Part shown: piece after piece, positions 41,901 to 53,200 of the stretch
How positions within the stretch are numbered: position 1 is the first letter of the stretch
Layout: the number at the start of each line of letters is the position of its first letter
Assembly: GCA_002269645.1 (NCBI GenBank)
Contig: NIVC01004165.1
Coordinates: 1-57,170, forward strand
Direction of reading: 5' to 3'
From: Macrostomum lignano
Taxonomy: Eukaryota
DNA length: 57,170 nt
Notes under the pieces: model-generated
The model's database searches: none
What the model was told of the DNA's origin: nothing
What the model saw: the letters and a program-made list of their open reading frames with translations, nothing else
Program-made: the position numbers and the translations under genes

Positions 41901-43668
41901 TGCTACTCAAATGCTACTCAGTGGCTACTCAGTTGCTACTCAGTTGCTACTCAAATGCAACTCAGTTGCTACTCAAATGCTACTCAGTGGCTACTCAGTG
42001 GCTACTCAGTTGCTACTCAGTTGCTACTCAGTTGCTACTCAAATGCTACTCAGTGGCTCCTCAAATGCTACTCAGTGGCTCCTCAAATGCTACTCAGTTG
42101 CTACTCAGTGGCTACTCAGTGGCTACTCAGTGGCTACTCAGTTGCTACTCAGTTGCTACTCAAATGCTACTCAGTTATACTGAGCAAAAGCGGTGCGAAA
42201 TCAGCCACCTGTCGGGGCTCCGAGCTGCATTCGGGCGCCAGCTCCAGATGTAGTTTCTGCAGGCAGTCGGCAGGCAGGAAGCGGTCAGTCAGCAGGCAGG
42301 CCAGCATTGGCAGGCGGTCAGCGCTGAGGCCCAGCAGGCCGCACAGGCGGGGCAGCAGCGCCTGGCGCATCTGCAGCTGCTGGTAGCCGTGGAAAGCCCT
42401 GCCGCCCGCTGGGCTCAGCGAGTTCAGCAGCAGCAACGAACGGTTGGGCGGCTGCAGCAGCCAGCAGAGCGGCGAGTCACTGGCGATGGCGCGGCAGCCG
42501 ATGTTGGTAGAGATACGGGCGCACTCAGCCAAGCGGCTGTCCAGGGACTGCTGGCACGGTACCTCCAGGCGGCGCAGGCAGAAGCGCAGTGCTGTGACGA
42601 GGCCCGGGGGCGGCAGCCACAGCGAGAAAGCCGGGCGGGGCCAGGTCTGCTGCGCCTGGGCACCTGCAGCTGGCTGCAGCTCGCGCAGGTACCTGGGGGA
42701 TCGGAAAAGCGGCAAGTAAAGGTAACTGAGCTGGAACACTCAAAGTTCGGCATGTAGAGGAACAGGAAGGAGCAAAGAGAGGTAAGAGTAAGAGGGGTAA
42801 AGGGAGAAGAGAGGTCAAGAGGGTAGTGTTTAAGAAGATATAAGATACAAGAGTAGAGGGGTAAAGAGGGTAGAGGAAGGGCCCAAGAGGGTAGAGGTCA
42901 TGAGGGTAGAGGAAGGGGCCAAGAGAGTAGAGAGGTCATGAGGGTAGAGGGGTCAAGAGGGTAGAGGGGTCAAGAGAGTTGAGAGGTCATGAGGGTAGAG
43001 GGCGGGGTCAAGAGAGTAGAGGTCATGAGGGTAGAGGGAGGGGTCAAGAAGGTAGAGGGGTCAAGAGAGTTGAGAGGTCATGAGGGTAGAGGGCGGGGTC
43101 AAGAGAGTAGAGAGGTCATAAGGGTAGAGGGAGGGGTCAAGAGGGTAGAGGGGTCAAGAGGGTAGAGGGGTCAAGAGAGTAGAGGGGTCATGAGGGTAGA
43201 GGGAGGGGACAAGAGAGTAGAGAGGTCATGAGGGTAGAGGGGGTATCCAGTGCCCAGCCCGCACCGGATAATCGTGGCCACCCGGTGCTTTCTCCCCCGC
43301 TGCTCGGCGGCCCAGTCGAGCTTGTCGCAGTGGCTGGCGCCGCCGTCCCCCGGCAACAGCGGCATGGGCAGGAAGAGGCTCGCCTGGAAGTCGCGCAGGC
43401 GGGCCGCCAGGTTGAGCCGCAGGCCGCGCCAGTCGCAGCCGCAGAGCCAGCCGGTGCGGGGCCCGCAGATCCAGCGGAGGCTGTCGCCGAGGTCAATGAG
43501 GACGGCCGGCTGCTTGCCGCTGATGGGCCGCTGACCGGCCGTCAGGTCGCTGCCATCGGGCTGGCTAGTCAGCAGGGTGTGCAGAGTGCTGAGGCTCACC
43601 AGCTGGTGGAACTCCTCCACGGGCTGCCGGCTGGTGAGCTCGTGCAGGCAGCGGGACAGGCTGCACAT
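38965..43668 (-). CDS. FAM120: FAM120-family (PIN-like, constitutive coactivator of PPAR-gamma-like) protein
   Basis: join(43668-43265, 42692-42209, 41849-41755, 41314-40903, 40293-38965). FAM120-like motifs: VLIDLGDSLRWICG...W..G.DW, WLPPPGL..ALRFCLRRL.V..QQS, LGLSADRLPMLACLL, LHPWVAQVL...EVRI, LQLASLFAAGLDTAVFVSDACG, FDGRRFQ, LLLCEG. Confidence 0.88.
40385..40880. repeat. ~66-nt minisatellite, FAM120 intron 4
   Basis: Direct tandem units. Confidence 0.93.
41345..42175. repeat. 30-nt (41345-41705) and 11-nt (41870-42175) minisatellites in FAM120 introns 3 and 2
   Basis: GGCGGACACACCTGGGATCGGGGAGGGGGT and GCTACTCAGTT units. Confidence 0.93.
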
Positions 43669-43965
43669 TGTGGGCTGCGGACTGCTGCAAAAGGGGGGCG
43701 GCGTTGGGACTTCTGACACAGGGCTCGACTGGGGCTGACACAGAATACCTGTAGATTTATTGATGTAATCAATTGTAAGGCTAATAAAATCGAAATTAAT
43801 TGCAAGGCAAGTCACGCAACATACTACTTATACTGAAACACATGAAAGTGACAGTTAAAATGTAATTGATTATAAATATGACAGAATGCAGGCAAGCAAA
43901 ATGCTATCAGTTTAGATACATATCGGCCGCGGCCAATGAACTAAAAGGTTATAAGAAGATTCCAG

Positions 43966-44989
43966 TCAGCCGGTCCACTTTAAGCAGCGAGTGTCCTGGT
44001 GGGTGCTGTAGCAGGAGGCGGAACAGAAGCGGGTGCCGCAGACCACGCAGGTGTGCGGACCCAGCAGGCCGCAGACCGCACAGAAATGGCGGGGCGGCAG
44101 GCGGGACGGCCCCACCTGCGCCAGCTCGTACGGAGTGGCCGCCGAGCCGGACGCAGAGGCGCCGGGAAGCTGCGCCCGCCTGGCCAGCTCCTCCTCAAGC
44201 AGCGCGGCAAAGTTGCGGCGCAACCGGCCGCCGAGTGTCCCGACTGCGCCGGAGCCGCCCGCCGCCTTGGCTTTGCGCGACTTTTTACCTGTGGGATTTG
44301 GGTTTGGTTGGGGATTTTTACTGCGCTGCTACTCACTGAGGCACCAGGGGAGTGCAGGAGGGGTCAGGAGGACCAGGAGGTGAGAGGACCAGGTGAGGTG
44401 GGGCCAGGAGGACCAGGTGAGGTGGGGCCAGGAGGACCAGGTGAGGTGGGGCCAGGAGGACCAGGTGAGGTGGGGCCAGGAGGACCAGGTGAGGTGGGGC
44501 CAGGAGGACCAGGTGAGGTGGGGCCAGGAGGACCAGGTGAGGTGGGGCCAGGAGGACCAGGTGAGGTGGGGCCAGGAGGACCAGGTGAGGTGGGGCCAGG
44601 AGGACCAGGTGAGGTGGGGCCAGGAGGACCAGGTGAGGTGGGGCCAGGAGGACCAGGTGAGGTGGGGCCAGGAGGACCAGGTGAGGTGGGGCCAGGAGGA
44701 CCAGGTGAGGTGGGGCCAGGAGGACCAGGTTCAAGCGAGGACCAAAGTGCTCACCATCGGCAGACGCAGCCACCCCACCCAAGGCATCCCGTGACGGCCC
44801 GAAGGAAGAGGCCTCGTCGGAGAACTTTGGCGCCAGCTTGCTGACCCGCAGGTCGGCGTGTGGATCGGCCTGGAAGTTGTCGGCCTCGAGGGCCTCCAGG
44901 GCGCGGCGGTGGCGGCGCTGGCGGGCGGCCTCGTCCAGCACCAGGCGGCGGGTTTCGCGCAGCCGAGAGGAGACGCCGGCGTCAACCAT
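43966..44989 (-). CDS. ZNHIT1: Zinc finger HIT domain protein 1 (SRCAP/SWR1 subunit, Vps71)
   Basis: join(44989-44755, 44288-43966): VLDEAARQRRHRRALEALEADNFQADPHA...RRNFAALLEEE...PPRHFCAVCG...HTCVVCGTRFCSASCYSTHQDTRCLKWT*. Confidence 0.96.
44375..44730. repeat. 27-nt minisatellite filling the ZNHIT1 intron
   Basis: GAGGACCAGGTGAGGTGGGGCCAGGAG units. Confidence 0.96.
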
Positions 44990-47900
44990 GGCTGGCTGAA
45001 GTCACTGGCAGGAAGGTGACGGACACATGAGAAAATAATGACAGATATTTCATGCTTTGCCTGCTTTGGTTTGAAAACTGCAAGCTCAATAATGATCTCT
45101 GCATCGGCTTAAACTTTGGACAGCTACATTTAGTTTGATAATGATAGCATGTGGGATAAAGTACACACAAAACTCTGACTAACTCCCCTGATATCCCTGC
45201 AGATATATCCATATACCTGTGTGCCTGCTAAGGGGAGTCAATGGAATGGGCAGTAATGCCTCTTGTTAGTTAATTCACAATGTCATTTAAAATTCACCAG
45301 TGTGCATATAGTCCTTTGGCTCTAACTAATCAAACTAAAAATATGAATTATAGAATGGCAGAATAAATATGCAAACATATAGAAATATGAAATATTACAC
45401 ATAGGCATATACTCACTATAGCTTTTTCTAATTCAAATTTTACTTAAATTATTAATAATTAAGAGAAATTTAGACTGACCAATCCAGAATCTAGATACCT
45501 AGACTAGAATAATTTGACAAAAATTAAAAACAACTCCATTAGAATACTTTTGCTGTTTTAATTTTCTTAGGATTTTTAAATCTTAACAGTATAAAAGCAT
45601 AAGATAGAGAAATTAACATTTTATTCAATTTTGGAGTTTTTTACTAATTAGCTAAGATTATGTTTTATATTTGGCATCTTGAATTTGGAGCTATGATGAC
45701 AAATAGGACTATGATTATGCTTAAAAAACCTAGCTAAGGAGTAATACTAAGAATAAGAAGCCTTATTGGAATAAATGTTTAAACAAAAGTTAATGGTAAA
45801 CAAATGTAAACAGAGATAAATTTGAAGCTAAGAGGGGATGATATTTTAGTAATAATGCTAAAAAGACTAATAGGAAGTAATAGAAAAAATGTTAAAGGAG
45901 ATACTAACAGAAAGACATTAAGGCCAGGGAAAGTATAATACTAAGGCCATAAGGGGAATGATGTTAAGGAAGGATAAATTTAAAGAAGGAATTTTGATAA
46001 GAAAGAATGATATCTAAAAAAGAAAAAGGAATGATGCCAATAATAATATAGAATACTGAATAGAGCTAAAATGGAAATAAGAACTTAGAAGCAAAGCAAA
46101 AGAAAGAGGGATAAATATATTGACTATTAATGTATGACTAGGCTTATTGCCAATACATGACTTAACCATTTAAAAATAAGAAAAAAAGATATTTAGATAT
46201 TCAGATGTCTAAATTATTCTAATATTTTATATAGGCCTATACTTCTTGAAATAAGGCTTAGGCCTATACATATGTGGTAGGGCGATCTACCACTGCACAA
46301 TGAACATGATGATGCCGTGTGGTGACACTTGCTCATGACCCTCTGTTTTTTCACTCGGTGCACCGTCCCTTGCCCCATCCCTCGCCCCATCTTTTGCCAT
46401 TGCTCAGTTTTTTTTGTTAATTCCCATTTGCGGCTTTAGTGTCGTTTACTGCCCCATTGTCTGCCCCATTCCTTGCCCCATCCTTTGCCTTCCTACCCTA
46501 TCTATTGCCCCATCCCTGTTTAGACAACATTGTTTCCCTTATTTATAAGGCCATTTTGGGCCACCTTTGGTTAACTCCCCCTTTTTCTGCAGTTTGTGCT
46601 CGTTCATTAATATTTGTGTTTATCCAGTTTCTGTTTTAATAGTATAGTGTTTGTAGTCTTTGCCTCTACTAAGTAAGTCTTACAGTTTCGCTTAATAGTC
46701 ATTCAGCACCTAGCACCTAGCATTCTCATGAAATTAATATTCATCCCTAATAACTACTGCTTGCGCAATTAACAATAATAATTAATAATAATTTACTAGT
46801 TGTTCATTTACCTAAGCCATTGACAGTTTATCTTGAGTTATTTGCCTGTGGGGCATTAAACAACCAAACTCATCTCATCTCCAAATGAGCTCTGAGATCT
46901 CAACATTCCGCAATATAAAATTATGGTGGTGGCAGCGCTATTCTACTGATAGTAATCAGCTCAACAACTCAAACAGATTTATGGTGTCTAGACCATTGAG
47001 TCTACAAATCTGAACAACCGGGCTGCTATATGACCGCTCTGCTATGATTGCGACTACCCTCCCCCTGGACTTGAGGACCTGGCTGTCGGAATAAAGGAGA
47101 AGAAATTTGTTGTGATTCGTATGCGCAATTTTCCAGCTTTATTTGTACAAACTCAATACTGGCGGCAATTCAAACGTGGAATCCACCCTACCTCACTGGT
47201 GTCAGCAAATTTTCAAACCAACTCATTCCAAAAAAAACTTCTCCACCTCCACCTCACATATATTAGATAGACTAATAATAAGGACTCCAATGAGTCTGAT
47301 CATTGGATGATCAGATCTTATCTGATGAATGTATCTGATAGAGGACACTAATAGCATCATAAAATGTAATAAATCCATTTTTGCTTAAAAATAAAATTAG
47401 GTCCTAATAAACTAGGCTTCTACAGTTTTACTAGATTAGTTAGGTAGGGCCTAATGGAAGCAATTTTATATGCTATTAAATAATTTTAATATAGTAAATA
47501 TTTTAATATTACATTGAATTTGCTTTTAGTTTAGTTTAGTTAGTTTATTAGACAGTCAAGTCAAGCTGAAACCTATAGAAAATTCTCACAGAAGAGAAGG
47601 GAAACTTTGCATTGAAGTTTCTTATATAAATTTGGGCAAAATTTGGAGGTTGATGATATAGTTTATAAATAGCATATGATTTAAGTCTAAGGTTTCTATT
47701 TCCATTTCATATTATACCATAAGAAGGCATTAAGACACATGGTATATAAGTACGAGTATATTAATATTATATTAGGCCCTAATACATTGGTATAAAATGG
47801 CAACATGTTATAGTTTGGTTAGAAAAATCTTCTATTTAGTATTTACATTACATTTCAGCCCAATAAGTTAAGAAGAGACATTATAGCAATCATATATAAT

Positions 47901-48286
47901 CCTAGTCTAAGTCTAAGAAGACTAAAGACATAGTAGTGTAAGACCAATACCTGGTCTACTCTTACCCACATTAGGCCTTCTCCCTTTTCCCACCTATAGC
48001 CTACCATGGGCCCCGCCATATGGTGTTTGCAGGATTATGTTCACTTGAGCACTTGATTTGCTGTTTAAAATGTATGATAACTAATTGATTATTCAGATTA
48101 TTTCTTTACTTCATAGAACTATTTTAATAGACTCGTATTTAATATGTACCCGTGCCAATTATTTTATAGGAAAGGTATATCAAGTAATTTATTATAATTA
48201 AGGGAAAATGATTAATTCAAATACTTGCATGGTACTAAATAGGCTAACTAATAATTCGTCGTGTTAGTGTTGATGAATTGAGTAAA

Positions 48287-49423
48287 AGGACGGGAAACCT
48301 CGTTTCTTAGAAAATTTTAGAAGGCAGGTTTTCCCGAAAAAATACTTCGTACACTTCGGAGATAGGAAGTTTTCATTTTTTCAGCACAAAAATTGTTATT
48401 GCTTTTGATAGGAGGCAGATCCAGAGTTCATCTTTTGATATGTTGTGCCTTTCTTATTGCTCTATTGATATTCGTAAAGCTTTTCGTTCAAAAAATTAGG
48501 ATTCTATGTTAATTTTTTATTCTACGTACATTTGCACGTGTCTTGTACCTAAAAACCATTACAATGGCACGGCCAGGGGCGTAGCCAGGAATTTCCTACG
48601 GGGGGGGGATACACCAAGGTGAATTTCCTACGGGGGGATACACCAAGGTAAAAGTGCTCACATGGTAGCATGTATAGCGAAAAAGTGCAACAAAAAAGTT
48701 TTGGTCAGGCTCTTCGGGGGGGGATACATCCCCCCTGATCCCCCCCTCCCTACGCCACTGGGCACGGCTCAGCTCTTTGGCTTTATGATTCTATTTTATC
48801 ATTCTTAGCTGACTGTGTAACAAATATGTGTAACAGAGATGATAAAATAGATTCATAAAACCATAGATTGGAGTTGTGCTATGCATTTTATGAGTTTTAG
48901 GTACAGCAAAAATACGTTGAATAAAAATTAACATAGAATCCTAGCTAATTTTTTGAACGAAAAGCTTTACGAATATCGATAGAGCAATAAGAAAGGCACA
49001 ATAAACACATATCAAAAGATGAACACTGGATCTGCCTCCTATCAAAAGCAATAACAATTTTTGCGCTGAAAAAAATGAAAACTTCCTGTGACGTTGTCAG
49101 TTGAGGTGGCCCCGACAAGGACCGTTTTAGCGAAAGCAGTGCCATTCTATAATATTCTTTATTTGATGGTCTCGATCGTACTCTAACGTCTGCTTATAGT
49201 AATGTCCAAGGAATTTTAAACAACATTGCGTGACGTTCGTAAAGCCTATGTGCAATGCGATCGATAATTTCTGTTTTCAAGTCGGTTTTTGCGCCGGCCA
49301 ATAGGAAAGCCGCCCATATATTATGCTAGCCTGAAATTACGCTTGTATCGTGCACCCACCCCCAGCCCGCTCGTTAGAAAACCTGCCTTCTAAAATTTTC
49401 TAAGAAACGAGGTTTCCCGTCCT
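48287..49423. mobile_element. MITE with long inverted arms (AGGACGGGAAACCTCG...CGAGGTTTCCCGTCCT)
   Basis: 48287-48340 pairs with ~49372-49423, and ~48375-48530 pairs with ~48915-49086. No TSD seen. Confidence 0.75.
48574..48760. mobile_element. hAT-type MITE, 187 bp, nested in the larger MITE
   Basis: CAGGGGCGTAG...CTACGCCACTG ends, with a perfect 8-bp TSD GGCACGGC (48566-48573, 48761-48768). Confidence 0.9.
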
Positions 49424-50265
49424 ACTTAAGTCGTCCTTGGTTAGTGTTATGAAAGTGTAAAACTGCGATCTTACAGTTTAATCAATTCACTCTACTAGCG
49501 ATACGCCGACATGACAAGCAACATGCCAACATGCTCGAACAAAATTCGTATTCAATAAATATGCTGCATTTTTTAGTTTTCGGCATTGTGAAATTTCATA
49601 CAGTCTTTTGAAGCGCCTCTCATGATGGCCTGCTATCATGCAATCGTCCATCGCCTTCAATTCTGTTCACGCATTTCTTTCACCGATTCACCCCATTAGT
49701 AGTGAAATAATGATCAATATTCGCATACTGTTTAGGCTGCCTTTGTTTGCTGAGGGCGGTCCTGCAGTCCGAAGCCCCACTAGCTGACCGCCCCGATCGA
49801 GAGGTTGGCGTTGTTCCAGATTGAGCATAGACCATCCTGATTTACAAGGAACGCATATGGAACAAATAAAACAAGTGGTGCACATCGAAAATCGCTCCTG
49901 ACTCGGAGCACCAGTTAGACACGCGCGCTCGTATCGAGCTGGAACTTGACCAAAATCTTTTCCAAGCTGCAGTTTTACTGCTGTATATAAACTTTCACGG
50001 TCTCACATTTTGCATGCATATTTATTTTTTTTCAAGTTGAATAGTGATGCAACGGAACGCAGCTACAGCGCTTCCTGCTGTGTTTAACGTTGGTTTAGAT
50101 AAACAATATGAAGTCATCGATTCATACAACCACATTTTTATTTTTTACCTGTTTAGTTTCGAGAATTTGTACTCAAAACATTGAACTATTTGTAAATTTC
50201 AAGGTTATAATTATAGTTTTATTTTTTATTTTAATCACGGTATCCTGGTCGTTATAAAAACTTAA

Positions 50266-53200
50266 TTAAGCAGCCGGCAGCTTCACCTGCCGGGTCTTCT
50301 TGTTGACTGCCTTCGCGATCAGGCGCAGAAACAATATTAAGCCCGTGCCGCTAAGAAGCCCTGAAATTATTTTTGATGAAGCAACTTTGATTAAATTTAT
50401 ATTTATGCTTAAGTGTGGGAACTTGATTAAAAATGTGTACCTGTATAGATTGTACACAGAACATACAACAGAGCTAGTCTACTCTCTCTAAGTCAAGTAA
50501 ATCTGGATTGAGAAGATCTAGAGAAACTCATGGGAAACTGAGAAATCATGTGCATGTACATGCATGTATAGGACACCTGGGAGCAGATTAGAGCTACTAA
50601 TCGATTTTACAAGTAGGCACATACATTAAGGATGTACTCGTAAAATTTCCATACGAGATGAAGATGTACATGCAGCTCATAATTCTCGGGGAGTGCGGGA
50701 ACCCGAATGCAAGGATTCCGGTTGAGGGTGAGGGCGGAGATGTTGGTCAGGGGAAGTGGATTGGGTCCAGGCTCATAACTGTCTGAATTGCAACATGCAG
50801 AGTACGAGTAGATTGTAAATTTTTCTTTCCTGCAAAAGTGCCGGCTATGATTATATAGAAATCCCTCTGAGTAGGAACAACAGGCGGCTCTCGCTGGTAC
50901 CGGCAAACTGAAATTCATGTATGGAAAATCAATGCAAACATCCCGAATCATAATCTCAGATCCCGAATCATAATCTCAGATCCCGAATCATAATCTCAGA
51001 TCCCGAATCATAATCTCAGATCCCGAATCATAATCCCAGATCCCGAATCATAATCTCAGATCCCGAATCATAATCTCAGATCCCGAATCATAATCTCAGA
51101 TCCCGAGTCATAATCTCAGATCCCGAATCGTACAGTAATCTCTGATCCCGAATCGCATAGTAATCTCAGATCCCGAATCGCATAGTAATCTCAGATCCCG
51201 AATCATAATCTCAGATCCCGAATCATAATCTCTGATCCCGAATCGTAATCTCAGATCCCGAATCATATAGTAATCTCAGATCCCGAATCATAATCTCAGA
51301 TCCCGAATCATAATCTCAGATCCCGAACCATAATCTCAGATCCCGAATCATAATCTCAGATCCCGAATCATAATCTCAGATCCCGAATCATAATCTCAGA
51401 TCCCGAATCGTATAGTAATCTCAGGTCCCGAATCATAATCTCAGATCCCGAATCATATAGTAATCTCAGGTCCCGAATCATAATCTCAGATCCCGAATCG
51501 TAATCTCAGATCCCGAATCGTAATCTCAGATCCCGAATCATAATCTCAGATCCCGAATCATAATCTCAGATCCCGAATCATAATCTCAGATCCCGAATCG
51601 CATAGTAATCTCTGATCCCGAATCGCATAGTAATCTCTGATCCCGAATCATAATCTCAGATCCCGAATCGCATAGTAATCTCTGATCCCGAATCGCATAG
51701 TAATCTCTGATCCCGAATCATAATCTCAGATCCCGAATCGTAATCTCAGATCCCGAATCGTAATCTCAGATCCCGAATCGCATAGTAATCTCTGATCCCG
51801 AATCGCATAGTAATCTCAGATCCCGAATCGCATAGTAATCTCAGATCCCGAATCGCATAGTAATCTCAGATCCCGAATCGCATAGTAATCTCTGATCCCG
51901 AATCGCATAGTAATCTCAGATCCCGAATCGCATAGTAATCTCAGATCCCGAATCGCATAGTAATCTCAGATCCCGAATCTGATCCCGAATTGCCATCCCT
52001 GATCCCGAATTGCCATCCCTGATCCCTAATTGCCATCCCTTATCCCTAATTGCCATCCCTGATCCCGAATTGCCATCCCTGATCCCTAATTGCCATCCCT
52101 GATCCCTAATTGCCATCCCTGATCCCGAATTGCCATCCCTGATCCCGAATTGCCATCCCTGATCCCGAATTGCCATCCCTGATCCCGAATTGCCATCCCT
52201 GATCCCGAATTGCCATCCCTGATCCCGAATTGCCATCCCTGATCCCGAATTGCCATCCCTGATCCCGAATTGCAACCATAAGTGTCTATTTAACCTTTCA
52301 AAATGCTCCATAAGCAATTAGCAATTCCATGAGTTCCCCATCGCCCCAGATGGCAGACCTGGCAGCCCGGAGCGCTGGCACACGGTGCGCACCACGTGCG
52401 ACTCGTCGCCGCAAGGGTCCCAGGGCGGCACAGTGGCGCAGGCGTAGTCCGCCAGGTTGCCATCGTAGTTCACCACTCCGCAGGCCTCGCCGCAGTGGGC
52501 GTTGCTGGGCTCGGAGCGGCTCCACTCGACGCCGGTCCGGTTGTCGGTCCGGCTGAAATCGCTGGTGCTCAGCGGCGGCTCTTCGGGCCCGTCGGTGTAC
52601 CAGCGCCACAGGTCCTGGTCACCAGCTGCTGCGGGATCGGCGTTGACGGGTGAAACTGAGGGGCTGGGTCAGACAGCTGCCAGGCTCGGGTCAGACAGAG
52701 GTCAGGCTCGGGTCAGACAGAGGCCAGGCTCGGGTCAGACAGCTGCCAGGCTCGGGTCAGACAGAGGTCAGGCTCGGGTCAGACAGAGGCCAGGCTCGGG
52801 TCAGACAGCTGCCAGGCTCGGGTCAGACAGAGGTCAGGCTCGGGTCAGACAGAGGCCAGGCTCGGGTCAGACAGAGGTCAGGCTCGGGTCAGACAGCGCC
52901 CAGGCTCGGGTCAGACAGCGGCCAGGCTCGGGTCTGACAGCGCCCAGGCTCGGGTCAGACAGCGCCCAGGCTCGGGTCTGACAGCGGCCAGGCTCGGGTC
53001 AGACAGAGGCCAGGCTCGGGTCAGACAGAGATCGAGGGTCAGACAGCGCCCAGGCTCGGGTCAGACAGCGCCCAGGCTCGGGTCTGACAGCGGCCAGGCT
53101 CGGGTCTGACAGCAGCCAGGCTCGGGTCAGACAGAGGCCAGGCTCGGGTCAGACAGAGGCCGGGCTCGGGTCAGACAGAGATCAAGGGTCAGACAGCGCC

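Noticed and set aside
43999-44844. Collagen-like or elastin-like GPGGPGEV protein
   Set aside because: Antisense translation of the 27-nt array in the ZNHIT1 intron.
47010-47270. Possible decayed exon (…AI*PLCYDCDYPPPG…)
   Set aside because: It has an in-frame stop, no recognisable family and no clear splice sites.
49505-49540. p53-like CATG repeats
   Set aside because: CATG spacing and flanks do not fit the RRRCWWGYYY pair.
50607-50951. Galaxin-like Cys-pair ORF (ACCSYSEGFLYN...ACCNS)
   Set aside because: The adjacent frame is phase-compatible with the lectin gene and supplies its TM helix, which is the better explanation.
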